Shown here one piece after another: positions 17,399-27,018 of a stretch of DNA of 33,791 nt. The position numbers and the translations under genes are program-made. Every line of letters begins with the position of its first letter. The stretch's first letter is position 1. Under the pieces are notes generated by a model. It did no database searches. It had not been told where the DNA came from and worked only from the letters and a program-made list of their open reading frames with translations. Location: positions 1 to 33,791 of IMG/VR virus record IMGVR_UViG_3300049017_000027, one strand, 5' to 3'. The stretch is from a virus. Taxonomy: Duplodnaviria > Caudoviricetes.

Positions 17399-17935
17399 AT
17401 GAGCGAACGCATCACGAAAAACAGGCTGGAGAATTTCCGGCGAATCGTCAGGCTGGCGGGGGGTAATAACGCGGCAGCACGAATGATGGGCAAGGGGGTT
17501 TCGTATGGATCGTACCTGTCACAGATCATTGGGAAAAATCCAACTCGCAACATTGGCGATGATATGGCGACGAACATTGAAAAGAAGTTTGGTCTCGCAC
17601 CCGGCGAGCTGGACAACGACCCGCCGAAGCAAACCAGCGAAGATCCGTTTGTCACAGAAATAGTCGCCACGCTGTCTCACCTCGGGCCGGCTGACAAAGA
17701 GTTCGTTCTCGGCATGACCGAGTGGATTGCTAAACGGAGCGTTGACGACAAGAACTCAATAGCCAATCAGCCAGGCAAGATTGACCTTGTAGGAGAAGCC
17801 CTACAGCTTAACTATGACCTTCGTGATATTGATTCCGAGAAAAAAAAGGAAGATGCTGCAACGATAATTACGGGCAAAGCCAAAAGGGGTGAGAATGCAA
17901 GGAAACCAAAACGAATTACCGATCATAAACCCTGA
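17399..17935 (+). CDS. CI-like repressor (XRE HTH, no S24 peptidase domain)
   Basis: RLENFRRIV..AAARMMG..SYLSQII..RNIGDDMATNIEKKFGL.PGELD; divergent from rep; GGAG RBS. Confidence 0.78.
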   Translation: MSERITKNRLENFRRIVRLAGGNNAAARMMGKGVSYGSYLSQIIGKNPTRNIGDDMATNIEKKFGLAPGELDNDPPKQTSEDPFVTEIVATLSHLGPADKEFVLGMTEWIAKRSVDDKNSIANQPGKIDLVGEALQLNYDLRDIDSEKKKEDAATIITGKAKRGENARKPKRITDHKP

Positions 17936-18107
17936 TTTAACAGGGGGTGTCTGCTTCGGCGTCAATGCGAGCGGCGAATGTTTTTGCAAGGGATTTGGCA
18001 ACATCGACAAGGAAAACGTTGAGGCAATTGCCAAGGCGCTGATACTGATGGCGGCCAGGCTGCGCAACTCTGCGCGAACGCCGCCGTCGTCCTGGCTGCT
18101 AAACTAA
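17895..18107 (+). CDS. Hypothetical protein co-transcribed with repressor
   Basis: 70 aa, AGGGG RBS, precedes terminator. Confidence 0.5.
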   Translation: MQGNQNELPIINPDLTGGVCFGVNASGECFCKGFGNIDKENVEAIAKALILMAARLRNSARTPPSSWLLN

Positions 18108-18127
18108 AGGACTCACCTCCCCAATAG

Positions 18128-18154
18128 AACCGGCCCATGATGGCCGGTTTTTTT
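18128..18154 (+). terminator. Rho-independent terminator
   Basis: AACCGGCC-CATGAT-GGCCGGTT followed by T-tract. Confidence 0.85.
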
Positions 18155-18166
18155 ATTTGTTGAACA

Positions 18167-18198
18167 TGCTTGCTTATCGTTTAGCAAGCACATACAAT
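18167..18198 (+). promoter_or_regulatory. Early promoter with overlapping operator
   Basis: TTGCTT-N17-TACAAT; palindrome TGCTTGCT-N8-AGCAAGCA covers the -35. Confidence 0.78.
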
Positions 18199-18246
18199 TC
18201 AGCTTAACAACTCACCCCGAGTTGCTTGATGAAACGGAGTCATCAA

Positions 18247-18468
18247 ATGCTGAATATTCTCAAGCGGGCCATCATATGGCTCCACCTGTACTACATCGAT
18301 ATTGCCATCGCAGGGCAGAAAGAATGCCTCGCCATGGTGGCTGACATCAACTACCTGTTTCGCATCGAGCGCGCATTGGCGGCGAATCTGCGCGAGCGCA
18401 CCCGGTTGCGCGCTGAATACAACGCGACGTTTCCGGTCGGTATTCGCTGCACGTGGTCTGCGGCCTGA
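18247..18468 (+). CDS. Hypothetical protein
   Basis: GGAG RBS, first gene of early operon. Confidence 0.55.
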   Translation: MLNILKRAIIWLHLYYIDIAIAGQKECLAMVADINYLFRIERALAANLRERTRLRAEYNATFPVGIRCTWSAA

Positions 18469-18476
18469 GTCGCGCC

Positions 18477-18692
18477 ATGCAACGCACAATCCACAAGCAC
18501 GGCGTCGACTTTGAAGTCGAGTTCACCGAGGCTGGAGAAGTCGATGCGATTTACATCGGCGCTGTTGAAGTGTCCGAAGTCATCCGCGAATCGACAGAGC
18601 GCGCCATTATCTCCGAGGTGATGATGTACTCGGCTGACTGGTTCGCCGAGTATCGCCGGGAAATGGCCAACGAGATGCGGAGGGCGGCATGA
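18477..18692 (+). CDS. Hypothetical acidic protein
   Basis: 71 aa in operon. Confidence 0.55.
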   Translation: MQRTIHKHGVDFEVEFTEAGEVDAIYIGAVEVSEVIRESTERAIISEVMMYSADWFAEYRREMANEMRRAA

Positions 18693-18892
18693 ACTTTATC
18701 GCCGGTATGCTGCGCGCCCGCATCCATTGGGAAGTCACCTTGTCGCGGAAGGCTTGCGTCAATGACAACCAATCTGCCAGGCGCCGCATCGAGTACGTCA
18801 CCGCCACGGATCAAGCCGAGGTCAAGCAAATCATCGGCGCAACACCGCGCCTATCGGCCTTCCGGATTTCGTCTATCCGCGAAGCCAGGTAA
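18689..18892 (+). CDS. Hypothetical protein
   Basis: GGAGG RBS, ATGA coupling. Confidence 0.55.
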   Translation: MNFIAGMLRARIHWEVTLSRKACVNDNQSARRRIEYVTATDQAEVKQIIGATPRLSAFRISSIREAR

Positions 18893-18916
18893 CACATCAC
18901 ATTCTGTGAGGATCAA

Positions 18917-19762
18917 ATGAGTAACGCACTAACCACACTGACCAGCAAACTCGCCGCCAGATTCGACATGGGCAACGGCGAAGGTGTAATCGAAATCCTG
19001 AAAAACACTGCATTCAAGGTTAAGGACGGATCGGTTTCAGATAACCAAATGACCGCCTTGCTGGTGATCGCCAACCAATACGGATTGAATCCTTTCACCA
19101 AGGAAATTTACGCCTACCCGGACAAGAGCAATGGAATTGTTCCGGTAGTCGGCGTCGACGGGTGGAGCCGCATCATAAATGAGCGACCTGAGCTTGATGG
19201 CTTGGAGTTCCGCTACTCAGAGCAAACGTTACAGCATAAAGGCAGGGTTGCGCATGAGTGGATCGAGTGCGTCATCACGCGCAAGGACCGCAAAGCTCCA
19301 GTTGTTGTCCGCGAATACTTTGATGAAGTTGTTCGCAGCCTAAGTTTCTCGACGCCATGGGACACCCACCCGAAACGAATGCACCGGCACAAGGCCATGA
19401 TCCAGTGCGCACGACTAGCATTCGGTTTTGGCGGAATATATGACCAAGACGAAGCCGAGCGCATCGTTGAAAAGGACATGGGCGCCGCCGAAGTTGTGCA
19501 TTCACCTGCCACAAAGGCAGAGCCAGAAGCGCTGCCGGCCTATACGAATGAGCAGTTCGAAGTCGATCAGCCAGGCATGTCGAAGCACATAAAGTCAGGC
19601 AAACGGACTCCGGATTTCTTCATCAGCATGCTTTCGCAGACCTACACCGTTTCAGAAGAAAAGAAGGCAGCAATCAAGGCGCTTGCAGTTCCGGCGCACG
19701 TCGATAATGACGGGGTGATTGACGCCGAATTCGTTAAATCCATGGAAGGAGCAACCGTATGA
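18917..19762 (+). CDS. bet: Recombination protein Bet (single-strand annealing)
   Basis: LKNTAFK, ALLVIANQYGLNPFTKEIYAYPDK, VVGVDGWSRIIN, HPKRMHRHKAMIQCARLAFGF. Confidence 0.95.
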   Translation: MSNALTTLTSKLAARFDMGNGEGVIEILKNTAFKVKDGSVSDNQMTALLVIANQYGLNPFTKEIYAYPDKSNGIVPVVGVDGWSRIINERPELDGLEFRYSEQTLQHKGRVAHEWIECVITRKDRKAPVVVREYFDEVVRSLSFSTPWDTHPKRMHRHKAMIQCARLAFGFGGIYDQDEAERIVEKDMGAAEVVHSPATKAEPEALPAYTNEQFEVDQPGMSKHIKSGKRTPDFFISMLSQTYTVSEEKKAAIKALAVPAHVDNDGVIDAEFVKSMEGATV

Positions 19763-21564
19763 TCATCCTGAACCTGAAACAAGGCACGCCAGAATGGCAC
19801 GCCGCCCGCGCAACGCATGATTGCGCCAGCGAAGCTGCTGCAGCACTCGGCCTTGCGAAAAACTGTACCCGTAGCGAGCTGATGAAAATCAAGCACACCG
19901 GGATTACGCCCGACGTTTCCGGATGGACGCAAAAATTCCTATTCGACAAGGGGCATGAAGCCGAGGCGCTTGCTCGGCCAATCGTCGCCAATATTCTTGG
20001 CGAAGCACTGCTCCCCGTAACAGGCGAGTCTGACGACGGCAAGATGCTTGCCTCGCTGGACGGCTTTACGCGATTCGGCGACACGGTATGGGAAAACAAG
20101 ATGATGAATCCGGAGTTGCGGGATTACATCGTCGCCAACAATGATTTGCCGGATACGCACTGGCCGCAGTGCGAGCAACAGATTCTTGTGACCGGCGCGG
20201 ACCGTGTTTATTTCACCGTATCGGACGGGACTGAAGAAGGCACGACGGGAATCTTCTACGAATCGAATCCCGAGCGCCGGCAGCTCCTTATCGCTGGCTG
20301 GACTCAATTCAATGAAGACCTGAAGAACTACGAATTGCCGGAAGTGAAGCCGGCCGCCGTCGCCGAAGTCATCGAAGACCTTCCGGCGCTGACCGTGCAG
20401 CTCGTCGGCCAAGTAACGGCATCTAACCTTGCCAACTTCCAGACGGTCGTTCTCGCTCGCATCCAGGCAATCAATACCAACCTCTTCACCGACAACGATT
20501 TCGCTACCGCCGACAAGATGGTGAAGTTTCTTGACGACGGCGAGAAGCGGCTTGATCTGGTCAAGTCCCAGGCTCTTTCGCAGACGGCCAGCATTGACGA
20601 ACTATTCCGCACCATCGACGGCCTCAAGGCCGAAATGAAGTCCAAGCGGCTGACGCTCGACAAGCTAGTGAAGGCCGAGAAGGAGAATCGCAAGGCTGAG
20701 ATTGTGCGCGAAGCTGCAGACGCCATCGCCGGCCACATCATCGCAATTCATCGCCGCATCGGAGTCGCCCCGACCGTTCAGGTTAATTTCGGCGAAGCCA
20801 TCAAAGGTTTGAAGTCACTAGACAGCATGCGCGACAAGGTATCGGTTGCGCTGGCCAATGCGAAGATTGAGGCCAATGCCATCGCCGACCGCATCGAATC
20901 CAACATCAAGTCGCTGGAAGAAGACGGCCAAAACTGGCGTTTCCTGTTCCCAGATATGACGGCTGTTTGCACCAAGGCGGCAGACGATTTCGCGGCTTTG
21001 CTTGCTGCCCGTAAAGCAAGCCATCAGCAGGCAGAAGCGGCGCGCATTGAGAAGATTCGCGCCGAGGAACAGGCCAAGGCTGAAGCTGCAGCGGCGGCCA
21101 AGGTTGCCGAGCAGGCGCGCATTGCCAAGGAAGCGGCCGATGCACAGACAGCAGCCGAGCAAGCCGAGCGCAACCGTGTTGCCGAAGAGGAAATACGCCG
21201 AATTGATGCGGAGCGCAAGGCCGCCGATGAGGAGCCAGTACTTCAGGACGTGAATGCAGCATTTGACCGTGAATTCGCTGCAACGCCATCCATTGTTTTT
21301 TCAGAGAAGGTCATCGCCGACGCCAACGCGCGCCAATTCGTTGATTCAATCCCTGCCGGAACCGACACCGGCGCCACGCTCAAGCTCGGCGACATCTGCG
21401 GCCGGCTCGGATTCACGGTCAACGCCGACTTCCTCGCCTCGCTCGGCATCAACCCGGTATCCACCGAGAAGAACGCCAAGCTCTACGCCGAGGCGAAGTT
21501 CCCGACCATCTGCCGGCTGATTTCTGAGCACGTCATGGCGCTTGCTTTCAAGAAGGCGGCCTGA
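19759..21564 (+). CDS. YqaJ-family exonuclease with long coiled-coil C-terminus
   Basis: QGTPEWHAAR, ASE, GHEAEALAR, ASLDG, WENK, QCEQQ; paired with Bet. Confidence 0.9.
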   Translation: MIILNLKQGTPEWHAARATHDCASEAAAALGLAKNCTRSELMKIKHTGITPDVSGWTQKFLFDKGHEAEALARPIVANILGEALLPVTGESDDGKMLASLDGFTRFGDTVWENKMMNPELRDYIVANNDLPDTHWPQCEQQILVTGADRVYFTVSDGTEEGTTGIFYESNPERRQLLIAGWTQFNEDLKNYELPEVKPAAVAEVIEDLPALTVQLVGQVTASNLANFQTVVLARIQAINTNLFTDNDFATADKMVKFLDDGEKRLDLVKSQALSQTASIDELFRTIDGLKAEMKSKRLTLDKLVKAEKENRKAEIVREAADAIAGHIIAIHRRIGVAPTVQVNFGEAIKGLKSLDSMRDKVSVALANAKIEANAIADRIESNIKSLEEDGQNWRFLFPDMTAVCTKAADDFAALLAARKASHQQAEAARIEKIRAEEQAKAEAAAAAKVAEQARIAKEAADAQTAAEQAERNRVAEEEIRRIDAERKAADEEPVLQDVNAAFDREFAATPSIVFSEKVIADANARQFVDSIPAGTDTGATLKLGDICGRLGFTVNADFLASLGINPVSTEKNAKLYAEAKFPTICRLISEHVMALAFKKAA

Positions 21565-21566
21565 TC

Positions 21567-22226
21567 ATGCCGAACTGGGTAACCAACCGCATCAGCGCAC
21601 CGAAACACGTGATTCAGGCCATGCTCAACGAAGATGGCCTGGTCGATTTTTCAACCATGTGCCCATTTCCAGGCCCCCGTAACGAGTGGGATGGAATCTC
21701 ATTGGCCGCCGAAGAGGCCGCCGAGATTGTTTGCGGAATCGGGCCGAGCACAAGCCCGCTCATCGCTTTGTTTCAAACGTCTAGCCGCGCTAGATTTGAC
21801 ATCAAGAAATTGAGCGACGGTGAATTCGCGCAGTTTGTCGGCATGCTGGAAAACTACCGCGCCTGCGGCTACCTGCACTCCATGGACTTTGCTCGCAAGG
21901 TGTGGGGCACGAAGTGGAATGCGTGCGAACAGAGCGCAAGCCCTGACGAAGGCAAAGCACAGTTCGAAACCGCATGGTCATGCCCCGAAGGTGTGCTGAT
22001 TGAGCTTTCGAAGCGGTTTCCCGAAGACCGAATCGAAGTCACGTTTGCCGATGAAGACATTGGCAGCAATTGCGGGACTTTCACTTTGAAGGCCGGAGTC
22101 GTGGCCAGCCGCGATATTGCTCCGGCGTGGCGCGACATGAGCGACGAGCAGAAAGCGAAGTGGAAATCTTTTGCCTGCGAAGTCACCGGGCGCGACCCGA
22201 AAGACTATGAGGACGAAGAGGAATAA
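21567..22226 (+). CDS. DUF1281/YubB-like ferredoxin-fold protein
   Basis: MPNWVTN, WGTKWNA, FETAWS.P, FADEDIG.NCG. Confidence 0.75.
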   Translation: MPNWVTNRISAPKHVIQAMLNEDGLVDFSTMCPFPGPRNEWDGISLAAEEAAEIVCGIGPSTSPLIALFQTSSRARFDIKKLSDGEFAQFVGMLENYRACGYLHSMDFARKVWGTKWNACEQSASPDEGKAQFETAWSCPEGVLIELSKRFPEDRIEVTFADEDIGSNCGTFTLKAGVVASRDIAPAWRDMSDEQKAKWKSFACEVTGRDPKDYEDEEE

Positions 22227-22228
22227 CC

Positions 22229-22531
22229 ATGCTCTGCCTAGCCTGCCGCAAGCCGCTCACAAACTCCGTCAGCCAGAAGCACGGCTACGGCCCCGTTTGC
22301 CTGCGGCGCGCGGTCAAGGCTGGCACCGCACCGCTTGAAGCACTGGAACAACTGGCCGACTTAAAGCGCAGCAAGAAGCGCCAGCCGGCCCAAGAGCAAC
22401 CCGCAATCCGCGACACCCTGACCATGGACATATTCGAGCAGCCACGCAAGGACGCCATCGGCGCTTTGCTCAAGGCGGCAGATGCGGTTCGGGCGCTTGG
22501 GGTTCGCGTTCAACTTGAAATTGAGGAATGA
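22229..22531 (+). CDS. Zn-finger protein (DUF6011-like)
   Basis: CLACRKPLT..S...GYGPVC. Confidence 0.7.
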   Translation: MLCLACRKPLTNSVSQKHGYGPVCLRRAVKAGTAPLEALEQLADLKRSKKRQPAQEQPAIRDTLTMDIFEQPRKDAIGALLKAADAVRALGVRVQLEIEE

Positions 22532-23076
22532 GAATGAACGATCTATGTGAAGCAATCGAGTACAAGCCGAGCATTATCCAGCGGCTTGTTTGGAAGTTTC
22601 AAGCATGGAAGCGCCGTGACGAGCCTGGCAATACGGAGTTGCACGCCATCCGTGAATTTAAGGCTGCAGGCTACTTGCCTATCGGCGAATGCGAAGACGG
22701 GCCGAACAAATGGATGCAGGAAAACGTTCTTGAACTGATCCGCGTGTTTTCAAAGCAAGGCCACTCTGGATTCTCTGCGCCGTACTGCATTGATACGTTC
22801 AAGAAGCTAGCAATGCATGAGCCACTTGTTCCGCTTTCGGGCAATGACGACGAATGGAACGAGATTGGCGACGGCGTTTTTCAAAACAAACGGTGCAGCC
22901 ATGTTTTTAAGCAGGCAGATCGGTTTAATGGGCAGGCATACGACATCAACGGGCGAATTTTCCGTGAGCCGAACGGTTGTTGTTACACATCGGCCGGAAG
23001 TTGCATTCCGGTCACGTTTCCTTATTCGCCGATGAGCGAATACGTCGACGCTAAACCCAGCGAAGCAACCGAATAA
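22528..23076 (+). CDS. Hypothetical phage protein
   Basis: FSKQGHSGFSA, PL.G..DEW, QNKRCSHVFK. Confidence 0.7.
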   Translation: MRMNDLCEAIEYKPSIIQRLVWKFQAWKRRDEPGNTELHAIREFKAAGYLPIGECEDGPNKWMQENVLELIRVFSKQGHSGFSAPYCIDTFKKLAMHEPLVPLSGNDDEWNEIGDGVFQNKRCSHVFKQADRFNGQAYDINGRIFREPNGCCYTSAGSCIPVTFPYSPMSEYVDAKPSEATE

Positions 23077-23100
23077 ATTTCAACCACAGGAGCAAAAAAC

Positions 23101-23340
23101 ATGGCAACAAAGAAAGCTACGGGCACCAACGGGGAAAAGAAGGTCGCGCTCATCAAGGATTACCGCATGCTGCGCGCCAAGCTGCACCTGAACCAGACGG
23201 AATTCTGGAACCGGATCGGCGTCACGCAATCCGGCGGCTGCCGGTATGAATCCGGACGCAAGCCGCCGAAGGCTGTCGCGGTACTCGCCCACCTTGTCTA
23301 TATCAAGGGCGAGGAAATCGACGCTCGGGGGTTCAAATAA
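23101..23340 (+). CDS. XRE-type HTH protein (NHTF/BswR-like)
   Basis: [24 protein letters not shown]; AGGAG RBS. Confidence 0.78.
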   Translation: MATKKATGTNGEKKVALIKDYRMLRAKLHLNQTEFWNRIGVTQSGGCRYESGRKPPKAVAVLAHLVYIKGEEIDARGFK

Positions 23341-23783
23341 TGGCGTCCGTAAACAAGGCCATCATTCTTGGCAATTGCGGCAAAGATCCTGAAGTTCGCT
23401 ACACAGCTAACGGAGAGGCAATGGCAAACCTGACCATTGCCACCTCTGAGCAATGGAAGGACAAGGCAACCGGCGAGAAGAAGGAATTGACCGAATGGCA
23501 TCGCGTTTCATTCTTCGGAAAGCTGGCGGAAATCTGCGGACAGTACCTGAAGAAAGGCTCGCAGGTCTATGTCGAAGGCAGCATCCGAACGCGCAAATGG
23601 ACTGACAAGGATGGACAGGAACGCTACACGACCGAGATTCGCGGAGACGAAATGAAGATGCTCGGGTCTGCACAAGGCGGCAATCGTGCGCCGGATAACG
23701 ACGCATCAGACTACGCGCCAGCCCCGGCAAAGAACAAGCCAAAGCCATCCTTTGACGACCTTGGCGACGACATTCCGTTCTGA
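23340..23783 (+). CDS. ssb: Single-stranded DNA-binding protein
   Basis: [31 protein letters not shown] tail. Confidence 0.97.
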   Translation: MASVNKAIILGNCGKDPEVRYTANGEAMANLTIATSEQWKDKATGEKKELTEWHRVSFFGKLAEICGQYLKKGSQVYVEGSIRTRKWTDKDGQERYTTEIRGDEMKMLGSAQGGNRAPDNDASDYAPAPAKNKPKPSFDDLGDDIPF

Positions 23784-23790
23784 TAATTTA

Positions 23791-23836
23791 TTCACAAAAC
23801 ATTTTTGCTATGTTATGCTTGCTGCTCGGTTAGCAA
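23791..23836 (+). promoter_or_regulatory. Internal promoter with operator
   Basis: TTCACA-N17-TATGCT followed by TTGCT-N8-AGCAA (23819-23836). Confidence 0.65.
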
Positions 23837-23851
23837 TCAATGGGGAAAACG

Positions 23852-24286
23852 ATGAAACTCAAGATTATGAAGGTCCATCCGGAAGCAATCATCCCGAGCT
23901 ACGGCACGCCAGGCGCTGCGGGACTTGATCTGCACGCCCGCATTCCCCACGAAATCTACCTGCAGCCCGGCGTTCGCTATACCTGCCCGACCGGTATCGC
24001 TATCGAACTGCCGGATTGTTTCGAGGCGCAAATCCGGCCGCGCTCTGGCATGGCAAAGAAGCACGGCGTCACCGTCTTGAACGCGCCCGGCACGATTGAT
24101 TCCGATTTCACCGGGGAAATTTGCGTGATCCTTATCAACCACGGCGACGAGGCGGTGAAGATCGAAGCCGGCGATCGTATTGCACAGATGGTCATTGCGC
24201 CGTTCGTTCGCGTGGAGCCAGAGCAGGTTGGAGAACTCAAAGAAACCAAGCGCGGCAAAAACGGATTCGGGAGCACTGGTAAATGA
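23852..24286 (+). CDS. dut: dUTPase (trimeric)
   Basis: AGLDL, RPRSG, GTIDSD, GDRIAQ, RG.NGFGSTG. Confidence 0.96.
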   Translation: MKLKIMKVHPEAIIPSYGTPGAAGLDLHARIPHEIYLQPGVRYTCPTGIAIELPDCFEAQIRPRSGMAKKHGVTVLNAPGTIDSDFTGEICVILINHGDEAVKIEAGDRIAQMVIAPFVRVEPEQVGELKETKRGKNGFGSTGK

Positions 24287-24450
24287 AATATCTCCCCCGC
24301 TCCATCTACCGCTGGCTCCCTACGTTGTGGGTGATTTCTGGCGGGCTGGTCGGCGCCTACTTCCCGAACACCATCGGCAAGGCTTCAGGTCTGCTGCTGG
24401 TCTTCGTGGGCGCCGTGGTCTTCAACATGCGTTTGAATAACCGGGGCTGA
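24283..24450 (+). CDS. Small membrane protein (55 aa)
   Basis: Not in ORF track; two hydrophobic segments; GGAG RBS. Confidence 0.5.
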   Translation: MKYLPRSIYRWLPTLWVISGGLVGAYFPNTIGKASGLLLVFVGAVVFNMRLNNRG

Positions 24451-24452
24451 TC

Positions 24453-25079
24453 ATGAAAGAGCGCCCAATCCTTTTCTCCGCCCCGATGGTTCGCGCCATC
24501 CTTGACGGGTCGAAGACGCAGACGCGGCGGATTGTTAAGCCGCAGCCCGAATGGACTGAGCCTGCAACTGCATGGGTTTTCCGTGATGACGGGCATAGCG
24601 GACCGGGCTGGTATGCCTACAGCGACGACTATCCAGAAGAAGGTGCTTTGTTCTATCGCTGCCCCTATGGACGGATCGGCGAGCGGCTTTGGGTGCGGGA
24701 AACTTGGGCCGAAGTTGGAGCCATGGACCCGGGCCTTATTGTCTTTCGTGCCGACTTCCCAGCATGCGTTCCAAGCCAATATGAGAATGTTCCGGCCGCC
24801 AGCGAAATCGCTTGGAAGCCGTCCATCCATATGTTCCGCAGGCATAGCCGCATCAACCTTGAGATAACCGGCATTCGCGTCGAGCGGCTGAACGACATCA
24901 GCGAGAAGGATGCGAGGGCTGAGGGCGCGAAGCCTTATCTATTGCCAGTTCATCCCGCTCGCGAACAACTTCGCCATGTCGATGGATACACCCAGCTTTG
25001 GGGGCAGATCAACGGAGCTGGCTCTTGGGATGCAAACCCCTGGGTGTGGGTCGTTGAATTCAAGCGGGTGCTGCCATGA
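24453..25079 (+). CDS. ASCH/PUA-like phage protein
   Basis: MKERPILFSAPMVRAILDGSKTQTRR, LWVRETW, PSIHM, NPWVWVVEF. Confidence 0.8.
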   Translation: MKERPILFSAPMVRAILDGSKTQTRRIVKPQPEWTEPATAWVFRDDGHSGPGWYAYSDDYPEEGALFYRCPYGRIGERLWVRETWAEVGAMDPGLIVFRADFPACVPSQYENVPAASEIAWKPSIHMFRRHSRINLEITGIRVERLNDISEKDARAEGAKPYLLPVHPAREQLRHVDGYTQLWGQINGAGSWDANPWVWVVEFKRVLP

Positions 25080-25579
25080 ACCGGGGAACCTGCATCCACT
25101 TCAACGGACTGCGCTACATCGGCGCGGAATACCGGACACATTGCTGCTCTGCCGGCGTGAATTACCACTCAACATTCGACGGCACGAAGGCGGGCATCAT
25201 GTTGCGCATGCCTTGCGTCGAGGCGCGCGAGAAGTCCGCCGACGGCAAGCCGGGTACGCACTTCAAGGCTGGACAGGAAACCGTGCTTGTGCCGGTCGAC
25301 CGCAAAGATGAAGTGGCTATCCCTTGCCTGCTCCGCGTTGAACCGACCGCCGATCAGGTCAAGCAAGACCGCGAAGAATCAGATCGTCAGTGGATCAAGA
25401 TGATTGCCGCACTCAGGACTGTTTCCACCTGGAAGGTCAAGCCAAAACCTGACCAGGATCGATCTGAAGTCGTCGATTGCCCTGTCTGCAAAGGCAGGCT
25501 GCACTTGCATCAGTCGTCCTATAACGGCCATGCCTCGGGGAAGTGCGAGACGGCCGGCTGTGTGGAGTTCGTCGAATGA
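25076..25579 (+). CDS. Hypothetical Zn-binding protein
   Basis: CIHFNG, CPVCKGRL..NGH..G.C.T.GC. Confidence 0.7.
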   Translation: MNRGTCIHFNGLRYIGAEYRTHCCSAGVNYHSTFDGTKAGIMLRMPCVEAREKSADGKPGTHFKAGQETVLVPVDRKDEVAIPCLLRVEPTADQVKQDREESDRQWIKMIAALRTVSTWKVKPKPDQDRSEVVDCPVCKGRLHLHQSSYNGHASGKCETAGCVEFVE

Positions 25580-25983
25580 GCGCGATCATCACAACCAGAG
25601 AGCAGCGCCGCCAGCTTGCGCGCGACAACGCCAAGCGGTCAGCGATACTTACGCCCATTCCAAGAGAGCAATGGCCCGACTTGGCCGGAATGAAAAAGAT
25701 GCCGTATGCAGTCTGGCGAAGCCGTGATTTCCTCGTCCAGTGCTTCGCCGAGCGCGATGGTGTGTCGCGCCTATCGGTAGCCAGGGCAGAAGTCGGCAGC
25801 AATGGCCGGTGGGTCGATGGCATCAGTTGGGACGATCTACAGACCGTCAAGCGGCAGGTCGGACTTCGCGACTACTACGCGATCGAGGTTTATCCGAAGG
25901 ATTCCGAAATCGTGAATGTGGCCAACATGCGCCACCTTTGGGTGCTGCGTGATCCGCTCGATATTGGATGGTTCAAATCATGA
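25576..25983 (+). CDS. Hypothetical phage protein
   Basis: ISWDDLQ.VK, AIEVYP...IVNVANMRHLW. Confidence 0.72.
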   Translation: MSAIITTREQRRQLARDNAKRSAILTPIPREQWPDLAGMKKMPYAVWRSRDFLVQCFAERDGVSRLSVARAEVGSNGRWVDGISWDDLQTVKRQVGLRDYYAIEVYPKDSEIVNVANMRHLWVLRDPLDIGWFKS

Positions 25984-26372
25984 CCGCCGTCCTCGTTGAA
26001 ATCGGCAACGCTACCTACTCACTGCCGGCCGGTACCATCCGCACCTACATCGACGGCAAACTCAAGGGCTCAGAAGGCCAAGCAGAAAAGCCCAAGCCGC
26101 GGGCCCCGGTGATCGGCATCAACGACCAAGCAGAGAAGCGCAAGGCGCATGACCACATGACCGACTTGCGCACTGAAAACGTGATCAACACGCTGAAAGC
26201 CATACGCGCAGGGATCATCACCCAGGGCGCGATCAGCGAAGAGATAGGCGTGTGTCGCGGGTCGGTTTCACTGATCCTGAAAGACTTGGTTGATCGCCGG
26301 CTAGTGGTCTGCGACAAGTCGGTTTGCCCATACGAATACTCAATTCGAAAGGATTTGGTGCGCCATGCGTAA
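25980..26372 (+). CDS. Protein with C-terminal winged helix
   Basis: TQGAISEEIGVCRGSVSLILKDLVDRRLV. Confidence 0.65.
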   Translation: MTAVLVEIGNATYSLPAGTIRTYIDGKLKGSEGQAEKPKPRAPVIGINDQAEKRKAHDHMTDLRTENVINTLKAIRAGIITQGAISEEIGVCRGSVSLILKDLVDRRLVVCDKSVCPYEYSIRKDLVRHA

Positions 26373-26808
26373 GCGCCAACGTCAGCAGAACTACAAACCG
26401 TCGGCGCCGATGCTGATTATGCGCGGCCTGTGTAACGACAAGCTGGAAACCCGCGAGCGCATGGCCGTTCAGGCTTTCGTGCTGGGTTACGCCGGCATGG
26501 ATCACTTCGACACCATTGCCGACATGCAGGGCGTTCTCCTGCTCGCCGGCAGCACCAGCGAGGCGCGCAAGCCGGCCATGCACTACGCCCGAAACATCCT
26601 CGGCCCTGTGCTTGGCAGCATCAAGGAACGCTACCTGCGCACTGGCAAGATGGGATGCAACGCCGAGGAACTAAAAGTCCTTCAAGCCTTTGTCGGACGG
26701 TACCGGGATTTTTGGTTGCGTCAGCCGCTGTCGCTTTACGAGGCAGCGTGCGAGGCGCTGCAGAAGACCTATGACGAGATGGCCAAACAGAAAAAGGAAG
26801 CAGCATAA
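26365..26808 (+). CDS. Hypothetical phage protein
   Basis: 147 aa coupled in operon. Confidence 0.65.
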   Translation: MRKRQRQQNYKPSAPMLIMRGLCNDKLETRERMAVQAFVLGYAGMDHFDTIADMQGVLLLAGSTSEARKPAMHYARNILGPVLGSIKERYLRTGKMGCNAEELKVLQAFVGRYRDFWLRQPLSLYEAACEALQKTYDEMAKQKKEAA

Positions 26809-27017
26809 TGTTCCTGACCGACACCGAGCTTTTCGACCTGACCGGCTACCGCCGCAACGCCGACCGCTGCCGCTGGCTCAAAGAGAACGGCTGGACCTTT
26901 TTGCGCAACGCAATCACCGGACGGCCTGTCGTATCGCGGAGTTACGCCGAATCGAAACTGTCCGGCGTTCCCGCCAAGATCGAACCCAAGTTGAATACAG
27001 CATCCATCCGGAGGTAG
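26808..27017 (+). CDS. Excisionase-like protein (DUF4224)
   Basis: MFLTDTELFDLTGY..RWL..NG..F..GRPVV; directly upstream of integrase. Confidence 0.8.
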   Translation: MFLTDTELFDLTGYRRNADRCRWLKENGWTFLRNAITGRPVVSRSYAESKLSGVPAKIEPKLNTASIRR

Positions 27018-27018
27018 T

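Noticed and set aside
19759-21564. Long YqaJ fusion as a novelty
   Set aside because: To my knowledge YqaJ with a coiled-coil extension next to Bet is common in proteobacterial phages
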